From: a virus
Taxonomy: Duplodnaviria > Caudoviricetes
Virus record (IMG/VR): IMGVR_UViG_3300036985_003294
Coordinates: 1 to 53,802 of that record
Direction: 5' to 3' (one strand)
DNA length: 53,802 nt
The translations under genes and the position numbers were made by a program. Positions 36,712-46,966 of this stretch are shown here, piece after piece. The notes under the pieces are model-generated. The model saw nothing but the letters and a program-made list of their open reading frames with translations, ran no database searches and was not told the origin of the DNA. How positions within the stretch are numbered: the stretch's first letter is position 1; every line of letters starts with the position of its first letter.

Positions 36712-36870
36712 ATTAACTGTACATCTATACACGTATGTGTATAATTAGAACTTGGTGTAGGAACCTTTTAATCAGAAGTTAAACAAAGCTTTTCTTTTAC
36801 TGTCGGTGGCAAACTTTTGAGCCATTCCTACCCGACACAAGAGAGAGGCTTTTTTTATGTGAGTAATATT

Positions 36871-37473
36871 ATGAATGAGTTAATGAATATAAATGTTTTA
36901 ACTATGTCTTCAGATGAAATGGCAAAATTAACTGAAACAAGATCGGACAATGTTAAGAGAACTATTGAAACTTTAGTAGAACGAGGAACGATACAACTCC
37001 CTCAAATTGAGGAAGTTAAAAATCATTTAGGTCAAACTGTAAAACTGTATCAGGTAAGTAAAAGAGATAGTTTTGTTGTAGTTGCCCAACTAAGTCCTGA
37101 ATTTACAGGTAGGGTTGTTGATAGATGGTTGGAGTTGGAGGCAAAGCAAAAACCTTTATCACAATTAGAGATATTAGTACAATCTGCTCAAGCTTTGGTT
37201 GATATTGAAAAACGTACTACCAATATTGAAGAACAAGTTAAACAACTACAATCTAAATCAGAGACATCCCCGATTGATTACTATACTGTCGCTGGGTACG
37301 CTACATTACTTGGAATAAAAGTTGATGTAAGTAGAGCTAAGATGCTTGGACATCAAGCGACTCGACTATCAAAAGAACATGAATACTTTATAGGTAAAGC
37401 ACACAGCTCCGTATTTGGGAGTGTTAACACCTATCATGTTGATATCCTTACAATGATGGATTGGGAGATCTAA
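36871..37473 (+). CDS. Rha-family phage regulatory / antirepressor-like protein
   Basis: LTMSS.E.A.LTE.R.DNVKRTIE, VVAQLSPEFT..VVDRW.ELE; C-terminal TVAGYA...FGSVNTY. Confidence 0.8.
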   Translation: MNELMNINVLTMSSDEMAKLTETRSDNVKRTIETLVERGTIQLPQIEEVKNHLGQTVKLYQVSKRDSFVVVAQLSPEFTGRVVDRWLELEAKQKPLSQLEILVQSAQALVDIEKRTTNIEEQVKQLQSKSETSPIDYYTVAGYATLLGIKVDVSRAKMLGHQATRLSKEHEYFIGKAHSSVFGSVNTYHVDILTMMDWEI

Positions 37474-37510
37474 ACTAACATCCAAAGATGTGCTCATTGG
37501 CTAATGCCGT

Positions 37511-37547
37511 AAGGTTACCTTAAGGAAACTTAGGTAACCTTTTTTTT
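37511..37547 (+). terminator. Intrinsic terminator
   Basis: AAGGTTACCT-TAAG-GAAA-CTTA-GGTAACCTT followed by a T run. Confidence 0.8.
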
Positions 37548-37570
37548 ATCTTAACTACGGGGGATTATTT

Positions 37571-37981
37571 ATGAATCTACCAGTAATCGCTTTATCCGCT
37601 ACACTTATCCTCACTTCTATTCATTCAGCTCACGCTGGTGCTCACTACAACGTTAAAAAAGAAATACAATGCCTGAGTGCCATTATTTACAGTGAGGCTT
37701 CTGGTGAGCCTGAGCTTGGCAAATTGGCAGTAGCTCATGCCTCTATCAATCGAGCTAAACGATCGTCCCGATCTACCTGCAAGATCAAAGGTGTGACTAG
37801 ACGATCACCACCTACAGCACTCCAACCTTATTTCAAAACTCTCGCTGCAAAAGCTTTGTTCTCAAAACATAAAGTGATAGGTCTAGCTGATAGTTGGAAC
37901 ACAGGAAAGACCCCTCACTCACGAGGTAAAAAGATAAAAGTAATAGCTAGACATGTCTTTTATGTAATGGCCTCGCTATGA
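37571..37981 (+). CDS. SleB-like cell wall hydrolase (Hydrolase_2) with signal peptide
   Basis: CL...IYSEASGE...GK.AVA....NR and HVFY C-terminus. Confidence 0.8.
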   Translation: MNLPVIALSATLILTSIHSAHAGAHYNVKKEIQCLSAIIYSEASGEPELGKLAVAHASINRAKRSSRSTCKIKGVTRRSPPTALQPYFKTLAAKALFSKHKVIGLADSWNTGKTPHSRGKKIKVIARHVFYVMASL

Positions 37982-38571
37982 GCCTCTACGAAGCCTAGAT
38001 TAGTTAAATAAACAGTAACCTCATCAATATTCCTAAACGGTTGGAAACCTTTCAACTCAGTAGTGACCTTTTGCTTATAGTTCAACCCAGCTAGCACACG
38101 CAACGCATCTTCATGGTAACGCACGATTAAAAGATTGATCGCACGTTCTTTACGTATAGCAGTAGTCTCACGCCCATGCACAAGTGAATACTTCATCTCC
38201 AATATCTTAGCAAGTCCAACTGAGTTTTTATTACCTCTATATGCTGTACCACCATGGATACGACAGAAGCTGCCGGGTGAGTCCCTCTTGCTCATTCTTT
38301 GACATTGTACTGCTGTCCCCTTACTGGTCGCTTGGCATCTTCTCGCCCAATTACGATCACCGATCTGTTTAAACCTATACAACCCATTTTTAGGGTTTAG
38401 ATTCTTAGCAGGTTCTTTCCCCCACTTAGGTTGTGGTGGTCTATAAACAGCAACAATAACCTCACCGTGATACTTACAAAAACCATTCACACAATCAATA
38501 TTACAAAACCTTTTACAAGGCTCTCCCCATTTGTTAGTCCCCTTACATTTTATCTTCTTTGGTTGACTCAT
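37960..38571 (-). CDS. Zn-finger protein, HGGxSTG-like
   Basis: RC.ATSK.T..QC.........FCRIHGG and CKG..K.GEPC...FCKYHG. Confidence 0.6.
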   Translation of the reverse strand: MSQPKKIKCKGTNKWGEPCKRFCNIDCVNGFCKYHGEVIVAVYRPPQPKWGKEPAKNLNPKNGLYRFKQIGDRNWARRCQATSKGTAVQCQRMSKRDSPGSFCRIHGGTAYRGNKNSVGLAKILEMKYSLVHGRETTAIRKERAINLLIVRYHEDALRVLAGLNYKQKVTTELKGFQPFRNIDEVTVYLTNLGFVEAHSEAIT

Positions 38572-38961
38572 CTTAATCCCACCTTGTACAATTTAAATTA
38601 ACTACTTATAAATCAACATCTTACGAGGGAATCCCACCCTAATAAAATAAAAAAACCCCAATAAAAAAACGCTGCAAGCCACGGCCAGCATGGGCTACAG
38701 AGGAAAACCCACCTTAAAAAATACCACCCCAATATTTTCACACTCTTTTATATGAGTATTCACGTTATTATTTTTTTAACGATAAAGAATATATTTTTTT
38801 TATTTCTAACATTTAACTTTATACTCTTTTATTGAGGTGGTGGGTGGTAAGTAGTAATAAAAAAAGAAAAATCAATAACTTACGACACACCCCAATACCT
38901 TTTTATTGGGGTTTTAATGGGGTGAAACCAGCCCTCATTGGGGTTGTAGAGACTCACCCTG
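38572..38961. other. Candidate replication origin
   Basis: Non-coding, downstream of primase; CCCCAAT/ATTGGGG repeats, AT-rich core, IHF-like sites at 38611 and 38870. Confidence 0.55.
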
Positions 38962-41535
38962 CTAAACTATTCTTAAAGTTACCAGACCTTCTTTAACTTT
39001 TTTGATCGCATAGTTATCACTTTTTCCCTCTTTTACCCAAACGTAATGTTTTCGTTGTGGACTATAAGTATAAAAATATCTTCCTTTTATAGGTCGATAC
39101 CCTTTTTCTAACATCATAGAAGAGAGCGATCTTGTCTTTGGAAGTTCATCACCATTCAAAACACACTGCATATTAAGATATGTTATATCAACAAATTCAT
39201 CATTAATTAGCAAATCCTGATATTTTAATAGTAAATCATCCAACACATCTCTGTGTTCAGACACGGCAAGATCAATCATTTGAGCCTTAGCTTCGGTATA
39301 AGGAGCCCTACCAAAAGGATCAAAAGATGGGCATACCACATAGTCTGTGAAAAACCTTGCTAAAGCATCAGGTCTTGCCCGTGTCTTGTTAAATAATGTG
39401 TCAAAGTAGTCAGAAACACCCTTAACACCACCAAAATGATCATGCAACTGCTCGGATGTTTGCAATCTGGAATAGATCACGCAGTATCTACGATCCTCAC
39501 CATCAATAGGAATCGCATCTTTATGATTAGTTAACAATAAATAGGATGTAAAGTTGGGTAGAGTCATAACATCCCGACCCTTACGCTCACATATAACCTG
39601 ATCATTTGTAATGTAAGGTTTGATCTTATCCATAATCCCCCACCTATTCGTACCGCTAATACGAATCTCTTCTACAATATTTAATATCGCACCTGTCGCC
39701 CATGAGGTAAACCTACCTGAGATAGTACCCGTATCCAAAGATTGCACATTGGAACCCAACAACAAGGTCATCACATTGCCAATATAAGACTTACCTGACC
39801 CCTGCGTACCCTGCAACACCAACGACCAATTAACCCTCCTCCCAGGGTTCTGGTACATAAACGCCATCCAGTTCAAGACAATCGCCCTCTCAACCGCATC
39901 CTCAATCAAATGCTCAAGGTGCGCTAAAAACAACGCGACCAATTCATCCCCATCCTTATCCAACACTTTGCAAGGTTTAACACCCTGCCTACGATACGAG
40001 TTCAACATCCTCTTCCCATTATGTATAATAACATCACCGCCACTAGGCCAATACATAGTATCAACCACTGTCTCCATCTTATACATCACCAAACAAAGCT
40101 GCGATGCTTGCATACCCCCCGAAACACACTCCTCCATGCGATCAAACTTAGCATTGAAAGCCTCACGGGTAATACCATAGTTCCTACGCTTGTGATAAAA
40201 CAAACGCTGTATCTCTATGTAAGTCCAATCCATCGACCATTCAGCGACTTCAACATCACTAACCAACTGACCATTAACAACCCCTGCTGGAGTAATTGCT
40301 TTCTTTATCTCAGCCTTACTCATACCCTTAGCTTTACCAATCGCAGAACATACCTCTGAAGCAATTGATGCTCTAAGGTCACCACCTAGGCGTACAGTAC
40401 TGATACCCAACATCTTATCTTTAAAGATGGCGTAACCTTCCATGTCAGAAACTTCAGAGGCCTCAACCAACAACTGGTCATACTCTTCAGAGTTAGCTGA
40501 GATCACAGCCCCACGGTAAAACCTACCACCATCAACCTTACGTATATCTTCAAGCACAGAGTCATCAAGACCACCCTGCTCGTTCACCATGTGGATTACT
40601 GAAGCAAAAGTACGAGGCTTACTACGACCACCAAAGCCATTGTACTTGCGTAACAAGTCCCCACGATCTTCAAGATCAACCACCGCACCTAAGTTTGACC
40701 ACTCATACCAACAATCAAAGCCTTCAACCGATCCACTATACTGGTGGTGCAACGACATACCAACACCAAGCCAATCATGATAATCAGAGCCTAATGCTGG
40801 GTATGCGTCTAAGTACACGGATACTTCATAATCGCTTATATCCAAAGGCGCGGACGCAACTGCAAGCATCAACCCTTGTATGGCAACGTCATCATCAATG
40901 TCATCAACAAGATCAAAGTCGGCACTAGGTGTACTATGTACACTTCCAGCCTCAACTGCTGTAGCACTAGGTGCTAGGAAAGTATTAACATCAAGCGGTT
41001 CACCATCAACCTTCATCGTCCACGTATTACCTAACTCGCCAAACTTACAGCGAGGCATGTACATAAGTTGGTTAGGTTTAAAGGAACAAGAATCACACTT
41101 AACACCCCAACCTGCTACAAACTTCTCAGCCAATGCTCTATACTCAACAGCAGTAACAGCATGACTCAAAGGTATTACCACACGGATTTTAGGTTTATCT
41201 GCTGTATGTGAGTAAGTAGAGTAAGCAACAAACGCACACCCTATGCCCATAGTTAACTCGTACGACAACTCATTAAGTGTTAAACCAGAATCATCAATGT
41301 CTAATGTCAATAGACATCTATCTATAAGGTTCTCATCTCTACGTGCGCATCGTTTACCATCACCACCCTCTGGTAACCTAAAGGAACCTCCTACAAAATA
41401 TGACCCCGACTTAGATGAAGACTCTTTGTGTTTGGTAAAGTGCGAGCAGAGGACTGACCACCGAACGTCTTTGTTTTCACAATAGCCAAGGTCAGTACCC
41501 TGCGCTATGTGAAATATTTGTTCTTCTAAATTCAT
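38962..41535 (-). CDS. Primase-helicase (primpol N-terminus, PriCT-2, D5/SF3 helicase)
   Basis: LTLDID, YSTYSH...P..RVVIP; DWL.VGMSLH...W.EWS; GTQGSGKS Walker A, EE, TNH..AI....DRRY. Confidence 0.9.
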   Translation of the reverse strand: MNLEEQIFHIAQGTDLGYCENKDVRWSVLCSHFTKHKESSSKSGSYFVGGSFRLPEGGDGKRCARRDENLIDRCLLTLDIDDSGLTLNELSYELTMGIGCAFVAYSTYSHTADKPKIRVVIPLSHAVTAVEYRALAEKFVAGWGVKCDSCSFKPNQLMYMPRCKFGELGNTWTMKVDGEPLDVNTFLAPSATAVEAGSVHSTPSADFDLVDDIDDDVAIQGLMLAVASAPLDISDYEVSVYLDAYPALGSDYHDWLGVGMSLHHQYSGSVEGFDCWYEWSNLGAVVDLEDRGDLLRKYNGFGGRSKPRTFASVIHMVNEQGGLDDSVLEDIRKVDGGRFYRGAVISANSEEYDQLLVEASEVSDMEGYAIFKDKMLGISTVRLGGDLRASIASEVCSAIGKAKGMSKAEIKKAITPAGVVNGQLVSDVEVAEWSMDWTYIEIQRLFYHKRRNYGITREAFNAKFDRMEECVSGGMQASQLCLVMYKMETVVDTMYWPSGGDVIIHNGKRMLNSYRRQGVKPCKVLDKDGDELVALFLAHLEHLIEDAVERAIVLNWMAFMYQNPGRRVNWSLVLQGTQGSGKSYIGNVMTLLLGSNVQSLDTGTISGRFTSWATGAILNIVEEIRISGTNRWGIMDKIKPYITNDQVICERKGRDVMTLPNFTSYLLLTNHKDAIPIDGEDRRYCVIYSRLQTSEQLHDHFGGVKGVSDYFDTLFNKTRARPDALARFFTDYVVCPSFDPFGRAPYTEAKAQMIDLAVSEHRDVLDDLLLKYQDLLINDEFVDITYLNMQCVLNGDELPKTRSLSSMMLEKGYRPIKGRYFYTYSPQRKHYVWVKEGKSDNYAIKKVKEGLVTLRIV

Positions 41536-41560
41536 GGCAACTCCAATATTATAATTTTTA

Positions 41561-41749
41561 TTACTGTATCCATCCAACCATCGTGTCTAAAACTCTAAAC
41601 CTACCACATGAGAGTTGTTCTATCTGTACGGCTCGAATTGAGGGTATAGCGTTCCGCCTTTGCCACTGGGTTACTGCTGAACGATGCACACCTAAAGCTT
41701 CGGCCATTTTACTTTTACTCCCGAAGAAGTTAATTATATCTTGTCTCAT
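41561..41749 (-). CDS. Cro-like HTH repressor
   Basis: FFGSKSKMAEALGVHRSAVTQW...IP..RA.QIE.LS.G. Confidence 0.85.
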   Translation of the reverse strand: MRQDIINFFGSKSKMAEALGVHRSAVTQWQRRNAIPSIRAVQIEQLSCGRFRVLDTMVGWIQ

Positions 41750-41841
41750 TTATTTCACCTTTTTGTTGTATTAATTTTTAAATCAAGTATTATGTAGACC
41801 TCAGCTTAACAAATTAATCAAACCAACACAAGGAAAACAAC

Positions 41842-42264
41842 ATGAGCTTAGAAAATAGCATTAAAGATTTGACAACTGCAATTGAAGAATTAACCCTGAC
41901 TATTGAGAAATCAAATCAAGACACTGGTGTCAAAATGGCTTCCGAGTATATACTCCAAGATGAAGTAGCACCAACTATAAAAGAGAAACCTGTAAAGCAA
42001 AAACCTATTCCAGTATTTATAGATGCTCCAGCACCTACAGCAGATGTACTTATAGAACAACCTGCTGTAACTATGGGTGTACTAGAAATGAGAGATACTA
42101 TTAGAACTATGTGTAGCGAGTTGGTGCAATCAGATAAGAAGAATAAAGTAGGTATTGAAGCAATCTTTAACCTGTACAAAGCTACGCATTTGAAGATGGT
42201 TGATGATGCACATATACCATCTCTCTATGACTCTCTAACTGTCTTTAAAGGTAAACTGAAATGA
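41842..42264 (+). CDS. Hypothetical protein
   Basis: MSLENSI..LT.AI; AAGGA RBS. Confidence 0.55.
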   Translation: MSLENSIKDLTTAIEELTLTIEKSNQDTGVKMASEYILQDEVAPTIKEKPVKQKPIPVFIDAPAPTADVLIEQPAVTMGVLEMRDTIRTMCSELVQSDKKNKVGIEAIFNLYKATHLKMVDDAHIPSLYDSLTVFKGKLK

Positions 42265-42491
42265 TTAATCATGCTGACGTATGCCGTTACTCACCTTTAA
42301 CTATGTCTATACATAAGAAGAGTGATTCACCAGCTACAAGTGATATCGCTATAAGTATAGCTTTTAATGAAACTACAGAGGATCATTACTTTACTGTAAC
42401 TTCTGAAAGCTTCAGTATCAATATTGACATAGAAGAGTTGGCGTTACTTTACCCTGCAGCATTGAATTTATTATCAGGAGTTACAAAATGA
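42261..42491 (+). CDS. Hypothetical protein
   Basis: ORF track; coupled. Confidence 0.45.
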   Translation: MINHADVCRYSPLTMSIHKKSDSPATSDIAISIAFNETTEDHYFTVTSESFSINIDIEELALLYPAALNLLSGVTK

Positions 42492-42754
42492 GCAGACTTA
42501 CAACTTGGCGTAAAGAAATAGCCGAAGAAATGTTAAAAAACGAAGATAAGGATATTGCCAATTATGTGTGCACCTTGAGCGAAGAGGAACTTGATATTAA
42601 ATTTGATGCTTCTTATGGTGGTGAAGAAGGGGAACCCTTTACTCTTTGGACTACTTGGCACGTTTACTTCCCCGTCTGTTATGACGGATCAGAATGGTGC
42701 GGTTCAGTCTACAGAAATCCTACAAATATTCCAACAGAACATCAAGGAGGTTAA
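42488..42754 (+). CDS. Conserved hypothetical protein
   Basis: FD.SYGG.EG.PFT.WT...VYFPVCYDGSEW..SV.RNP. Confidence 0.6.
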   Translation: MSRLTTWRKEIAEEMLKNEDKDIANYVCTLSEEELDIKFDASYGGEEGEPFTLWTTWHVYFPVCYDGSEWCGSVYRNPTNIPTEHQGG

Positions 42755-42756
42755 AG

Positions 42757-43881
42757 ATGGCAGCTCACGCTAAATTAAGTGCATCGGGAGCAGAACGTTG
42801 GCTCACTTGTCCGGGATCAATCCGAGCAGAGGAATCTATACCTGATAAGTCATCAAAGTTTGCAATGGAAGGAACCGCAGCGCACGAGCTTGCAGAACTA
42901 TGTCTTACTAAGAACAGAGCTGCTATCAGTTATCTTAATCAATTACTTCCTGAGTCACAATGGAAAGTAGATGAAGATATGGCAGAACATGTACAAACCT
43001 ATATTGACTATGTGGATCAGTTTGCTGGTCATCGCATGATAGAACAACGAGTTGATTTCTCTAAGTATGTACCTGACGGTTTTGGTACAAGCGATGGGAT
43101 TATTATCGACAATGACACCATGCATATTATCGACCTTAAGTTTGGTAAGGGTATAAGAGTTGATGCTGATAATAACTCACAAGGTAAGTTATACGCCATT
43201 GGTGCACTGTGTGACTACGGTTTTGTATACGATATTGAACATATTGTAATACACATAGTTCAACCAAGATTGGATCATATATCGGTTTGGGAAATATCTG
43301 CTGTAGAACTTCTAGCATGGGCAGAATGGGTAAAGGATAGAGCAAAGCTTTGTTCAGAACCCGATGCGCCTAGAGTGGCCTCGGAGAAAGCATGTCTTTG
43401 GTGTAAAGCCAAGCCAACATGTCCGGAGTTGATGGCTTTAACTGAGTCTGCAACGTTAGCTGACTTTACAGATATAAGTGTAAGCCCTAAATCACCAGAT
43501 AAGTTATCTGTTCGTGACTTACGTTTTGCTTTAGATAACAAGAAGTTAATCATTAGCTGGCTAGATGCTGTAGAGAATCTTGCCTTTGAAAGACTAAGTG
43601 CAGGTGAAGACTTTGCAGGTTATAAATTGGTTCATGGTAGAAGCAGTCGTAGTTGGGTTGATCCACAAGAAGCTGAACAAGTTCTATTTGAAGAGTTAGG
43701 TGAAGCTCTATTCGCACCTAAGAAAATTATTACAGCTCCACAGGCCGAGAAGTTGTTAGGTAAGAAGAAAGTAGGTTTACTTGACGGTCTTGTAAGTAAG
43801 CATGAAGGTAAACCAACTATGGTGAGTGAATCTGATAATCGCCAAGAAATCTCTTCTGGGGACATAAGTGATTTTGATTAA
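42757..43881 (+). CDS. DUF2800-like Cas4/PD-(D/E)XK exonuclease
   Basis: HAKLSAS..RW..CP, EGTAAH, FGTSD, IIDLKFGKG, C.WC.AK..C. Confidence 0.85.
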   Translation: MAAHAKLSASGAERWLTCPGSIRAEESIPDKSSKFAMEGTAAHELAELCLTKNRAAISYLNQLLPESQWKVDEDMAEHVQTYIDYVDQFAGHRMIEQRVDFSKYVPDGFGTSDGIIIDNDTMHIIDLKFGKGIRVDADNNSQGKLYAIGALCDYGFVYDIEHIVIHIVQPRLDHISVWEISAVELLAWAEWVKDRAKLCSEPDAPRVASEKACLWCKAKPTCPELMALTESATLADFTDISVSPKSPDKLSVRDLRFALDNKKLIISWLDAVENLAFERLSAGEDFAGYKLVHGRSSRSWVDPQEAEQVLFEELGEALFAPKKIITAPQAEKLLGKKKVGLLDGLVSKHEGKPTMVSESDNRQEISSGDISDFD

Positions 43882-43981
43882 AATAAATTTGACAAAGGAG
43901 TAACTATTGACATATACTTAACACGCTGTAGAAAAAACCAAAACTTAAATTAAAATCAAAATCAAAATAAAGGAAAATAAA

Positions 43982-44503
43982 ATGTCTAAAATAATTCTCA
44001 AAAATGTTCGTATATCTTTTGCTGACCTTTTCAAAAAAGGTAGTTTCAATGGCGAAGAAACAAAATATGGCGCAACATTTCTTCTAAACAAAGAAGAACA
44101 CGCAGATTCAATCGCTGAGATTAAAGCACAGATTGCTGATCTAGTTAAAACTAACCTTAAAGGTGCAAAAGTACCTGCAGATAAACTTTGCCTACGTGAT
44201 GGCGATGAAGTTGAGTATGACGGTTACGCAGGTTGCTACTCAATCAAATGTTCAACTAAGAAACGCCCTATTGTTATAGATAGAGATCGTTCACCATTGA
44301 CCGAAGATGATGGCAAACCTTACGGTGGTTGTTATGTTAATGCTAGTATTGACCTTTGGGTTCAAAACAATGCATACGGCAAACGTATTAACTCTACTCT
44401 TTTAGCTGTACAATTTGCTAAAGATGGCGAACCATTTGCTGACGGATCAACAGGTGACGTCAACGACTTCGACATGTTGGACGATGATGACATGTTTGCT
44501 TAA
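43982..44503 (+). CDS. ssDNA-binding protein (DUF2815 / T7 gp2.5-like)
   Basis: NVR.SF, LRDGD, YGGCYV, VQF.KDGEPF, acidic tail ending DDDDMFA. Confidence 0.85.
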   Translation: MSKIILKNVRISFADLFKKGSFNGEETKYGATFLLNKEEHADSIAEIKAQIADLVKTNLKGAKVPADKLCLRDGDEVEYDGYAGCYSIKCSTKKRPIVIDRDRSPLTEDDGKPYGGCYVNASIDLWVQNNAYGKRINSTLLAVQFAKDGEPFADGSTGDVNDFDMLDDDDMFA

Positions 44504-44521
44504 GTAACACCGCTTAAAACT

Positions 44522-44547
44522 AAGGCCTCTTAATTGAGGCCTTTTTT
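44522..44547 (+). terminator. Intrinsic terminator
   Basis: AAGGCCTC-TTAATT-GAGGCCTTTTTT. Confidence 0.85.
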
Positions 44548-44571
44548 ATCACTAAAATAAAGGAAATAAAA

Positions 44572-44937
44572 ATGAAAGATAAGACTATGTTATTAACCCG
44601 GGCCGTTAACCTTAATTTCAATGGTATTAGCTCAGACGGACTTAATTGTCCGGTATGTAACGGAGCCTACCTGAAAGCGACAAGGGCCGAGACTTATGAG
44701 ACAGATAGAGGGTATGGTACCAGAAGTAGATTTGAATGTGAGTCTGGCTGTCATACTCAAATGAACTTAACATTGATAATGCAGTTTCACAAAGGTACAA
44801 CGTATTTTATGTGGGGAGATCAAGACGATGTATTCCAGTCAACTATTTACCCCCAAATAGGCCTCGCGAGATCGGTTTGGTCATATGAAGATTATGCTTT
44901 TTCTTACCCCAATAAAAATGGTGCAGAAGTAATATGA
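44572..44937 (+). CDS. Hypothetical protein with Cys motifs
   Basis: CPVC...CESGC...FHKG.T. Confidence 0.55.
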   Translation: MKDKTMLLTRAVNLNFNGISSDGLNCPVCNGAYLKATRAETYETDRGYGTRSRFECESGCHTQMNLTLIMQFHKGTTYFMWGDQDDVFQSTIYPQIGLARSVWSYEDYAFSYPNKNGAEVI

Positions 44938-45014
44938 AGACTTACTATAACGAATTTGATCCAAACGCAGCAGCTGCATCATTTATTAAAGCATTTATAG
45001 CTGTAACACAATAA
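44934..45014 (+). pseudogene. Deletion remnant of a C5-cytosine DNA methyltransferase
   Basis: MKTYYNEFDPNAAA|ASFIKAF resembles the N- and C-termini of phage Dcm-like MTases joined together. Confidence 0.6.
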
Positions 45015-45047
45015 CTTAAAATACGGGCTACCCCCGACAGGACTACC

Positions 45048-46832
45048 ATGAAGAAGAAAATAATAATAGATACTGAAGTGTATCAAGATTACTTCCTACT
45101 CTCTGCAATGACAGTAGATACAGGTAAAGTTATAAACATAGAAATGTACGAAGGACACCCTCTTGATACAGAGCTTGTTGAAAAGCTTATGCACAATCAC
45201 ATAACCATCGGTTTTAATTCAAACAAATTTGATATACCTATTATAGTTGCAGCATTAGCTGGCTATGACAATCAAAAGTTAAAAGGACTTTGCGACACTA
45301 TTATTAATACCAACGCAAGTATGTGGGCTATTTATAAGAGTAGTGGCCTAAACATGCGCAAATGGAATACTATTGATCTTATTGAAGTAGCTCCGGGAAT
45401 GGCCTCACTTAAAATATACGGTGGCAGACTAAAAGCGCCTACTATCCAAGACTTACCTATTGCGCCTGACGCAACAATATCCCCAGAACAAAGACAAGAA
45501 CTTGTCACCTACTGTAAGAACGACTTAGACACAACCTATCTGCTGTACAACTCCCTGCTCCCCCAGATCACCCTGCGTGAAACAATGACAGCGAAGTACG
45601 AGATTGACTTGCGTTCTAAGTCTGATGCTCAGATTGCTGAAGCAGTAATTGCTAGTGAGTTGTACAAGATAACAGGTAAGTACTTGAAAAGACCTGATGT
45701 AAGGTCTGATGAAACTTTCAGATACTTAGACCCTAAGATAATCACTTTTAAAACACCACAACTAAACACTATCTTACAGCAGGTTATTGCTGAAGAATTT
45801 ACTCTAGGTCTTAACGGTGCACTCACTCTACCTAATTGGTTAAAGAAAGAACTTATTGTAATCAATGGGCGTAAGTATCAGATGGGTATAGGTGGACTGC
45901 ACTCATGTGAGAAGAAGCAATACATTGAAGCAAAAGAAGGTTGGTTCTTGCAGGATAGGGATGTTGTATCTTATTACCCTAGTATAATTCTACAGCAACA
46001 AGTGTCACCTAAGAACATGGGGCAACCCTTCTTAACATTATATAAAGGTATTGTTACTGAACGTGTCGCTGCTAAGAAACGAGGCGATGATGTTATCGCT
46101 AACACACTTAAGATTTTTTTGAATGGCTCGTTCGGCAAGCTTGGTTCTAAGTATAGTCTTCTCTATGCACCTGACCTGTTACTACAGACCACCATTACAG
46201 GACAGTTAGCTCTGCTCATGCTCATTGAAAGAATGGAAGATGTAGGTATTCAAATTGTATCTGCTAACACAGATGGTGTTGTTTGTTATGCGCCTAACTC
46301 CTTACTGCAAGAGTGCGACAGAATTGCTTTTGATTGGGAGTTAGATACAACCTATTTATTAGAAGAAACCGAATATTCAAAATTGGCATCAAGAGACGTC
46401 AATAATTACTTGGCTGTAAAGACAGATGGGAAAATAAAAGGGAAAGGTATTTTTACTTCTACAGGTCTAGCTAAGAACCCTAACTGCTCTATTGTCCAAA
46501 CTGCTGTAGCACTTTGTGTAGCCAAAGACATTCCTGTTGAGCAGAGTATTAAGGACTGCAAGGATATCACTCAGTTCGTAACTGTGCGAAGAGTTACAGG
46601 CGGTGCCGTGTGGGAGTCAACTTACTTAGGTAAGGCAGTTAGATTCTATTACTCAACAGAAGTTCCTAAAGATGTATGCATTCATTACGCTAAGAACTCA
46701 AACAGAGTTCCCATGTCGGGAGGTGCGAAACCTTTAATGACTTTACCAGAGTCTTTCCCTTTAGATGTTGATTATGATGTGTACGTACAAATGGCACACG
46801 AGTTGTTATTGGAGATTGGATATGTATGCTGA
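45048..46832 (+). CDS. DNA polymerase, family B
   Basis: DTE, GFN...FD, YC.ND exonuclease motifs; DVVSYYP, K...NGSFGK, NTDG polymerase motifs. Confidence 0.9.
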   Translation: MKKKIIIDTEVYQDYFLLSAMTVDTGKVINIEMYEGHPLDTELVEKLMHNHITIGFNSNKFDIPIIVAALAGYDNQKLKGLCDTIINTNASMWAIYKSSGLNMRKWNTIDLIEVAPGMASLKIYGGRLKAPTIQDLPIAPDATISPEQRQELVTYCKNDLDTTYLLYNSLLPQITLRETMTAKYEIDLRSKSDAQIAEAVIASELYKITGKYLKRPDVRSDETFRYLDPKIITFKTPQLNTILQQVIAEEFTLGLNGALTLPNWLKKELIVINGRKYQMGIGGLHSCEKKQYIEAKEGWFLQDRDVVSYYPSIILQQQVSPKNMGQPFLTLYKGIVTERVAAKKRGDDVIANTLKIFLNGSFGKLGSKYSLLYAPDLLLQTTITGQLALLMLIERMEDVGIQIVSANTDGVVCYAPNSLLQECDRIAFDWELDTTYLLEETEYSKLASRDVNNYLAVKTDGKIKGKGIFTSTGLAKNPNCSIVQTAVALCVAKDIPVEQSIKDCKDITQFVTVRRVTGGAVWESTYLGKAVRFYYSTEVPKDVCIHYAKNSNRVPMSGGAKPLMTLPESFPLDVDYDVYVQMAHELLLEIGYVC

Positions 46833-46966
46833 TGATGAAATAGACGAAGAGTTTTTATATTACTTTTACTTAGAAGGTGTACGAAGTACGGAAGTCTACC
46901 CTGATTACCATTTACCTGACCAGTTAAGTTTACAGCAATTTGGAGATCGTATGAGACAACTTAGAG

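Noticed and set aside
36817-41749. Temperate lifestyle inferred from Cro and Rha
   Set aside because: No integrase, CI-type repressor or att site is visible, so lifestyle cannot be called
42757-43881. CRISPR-associated cas4
   Set aside because: It sits next to the SSB and polymerase as a replication/recombination nuclease, with no other cas genes
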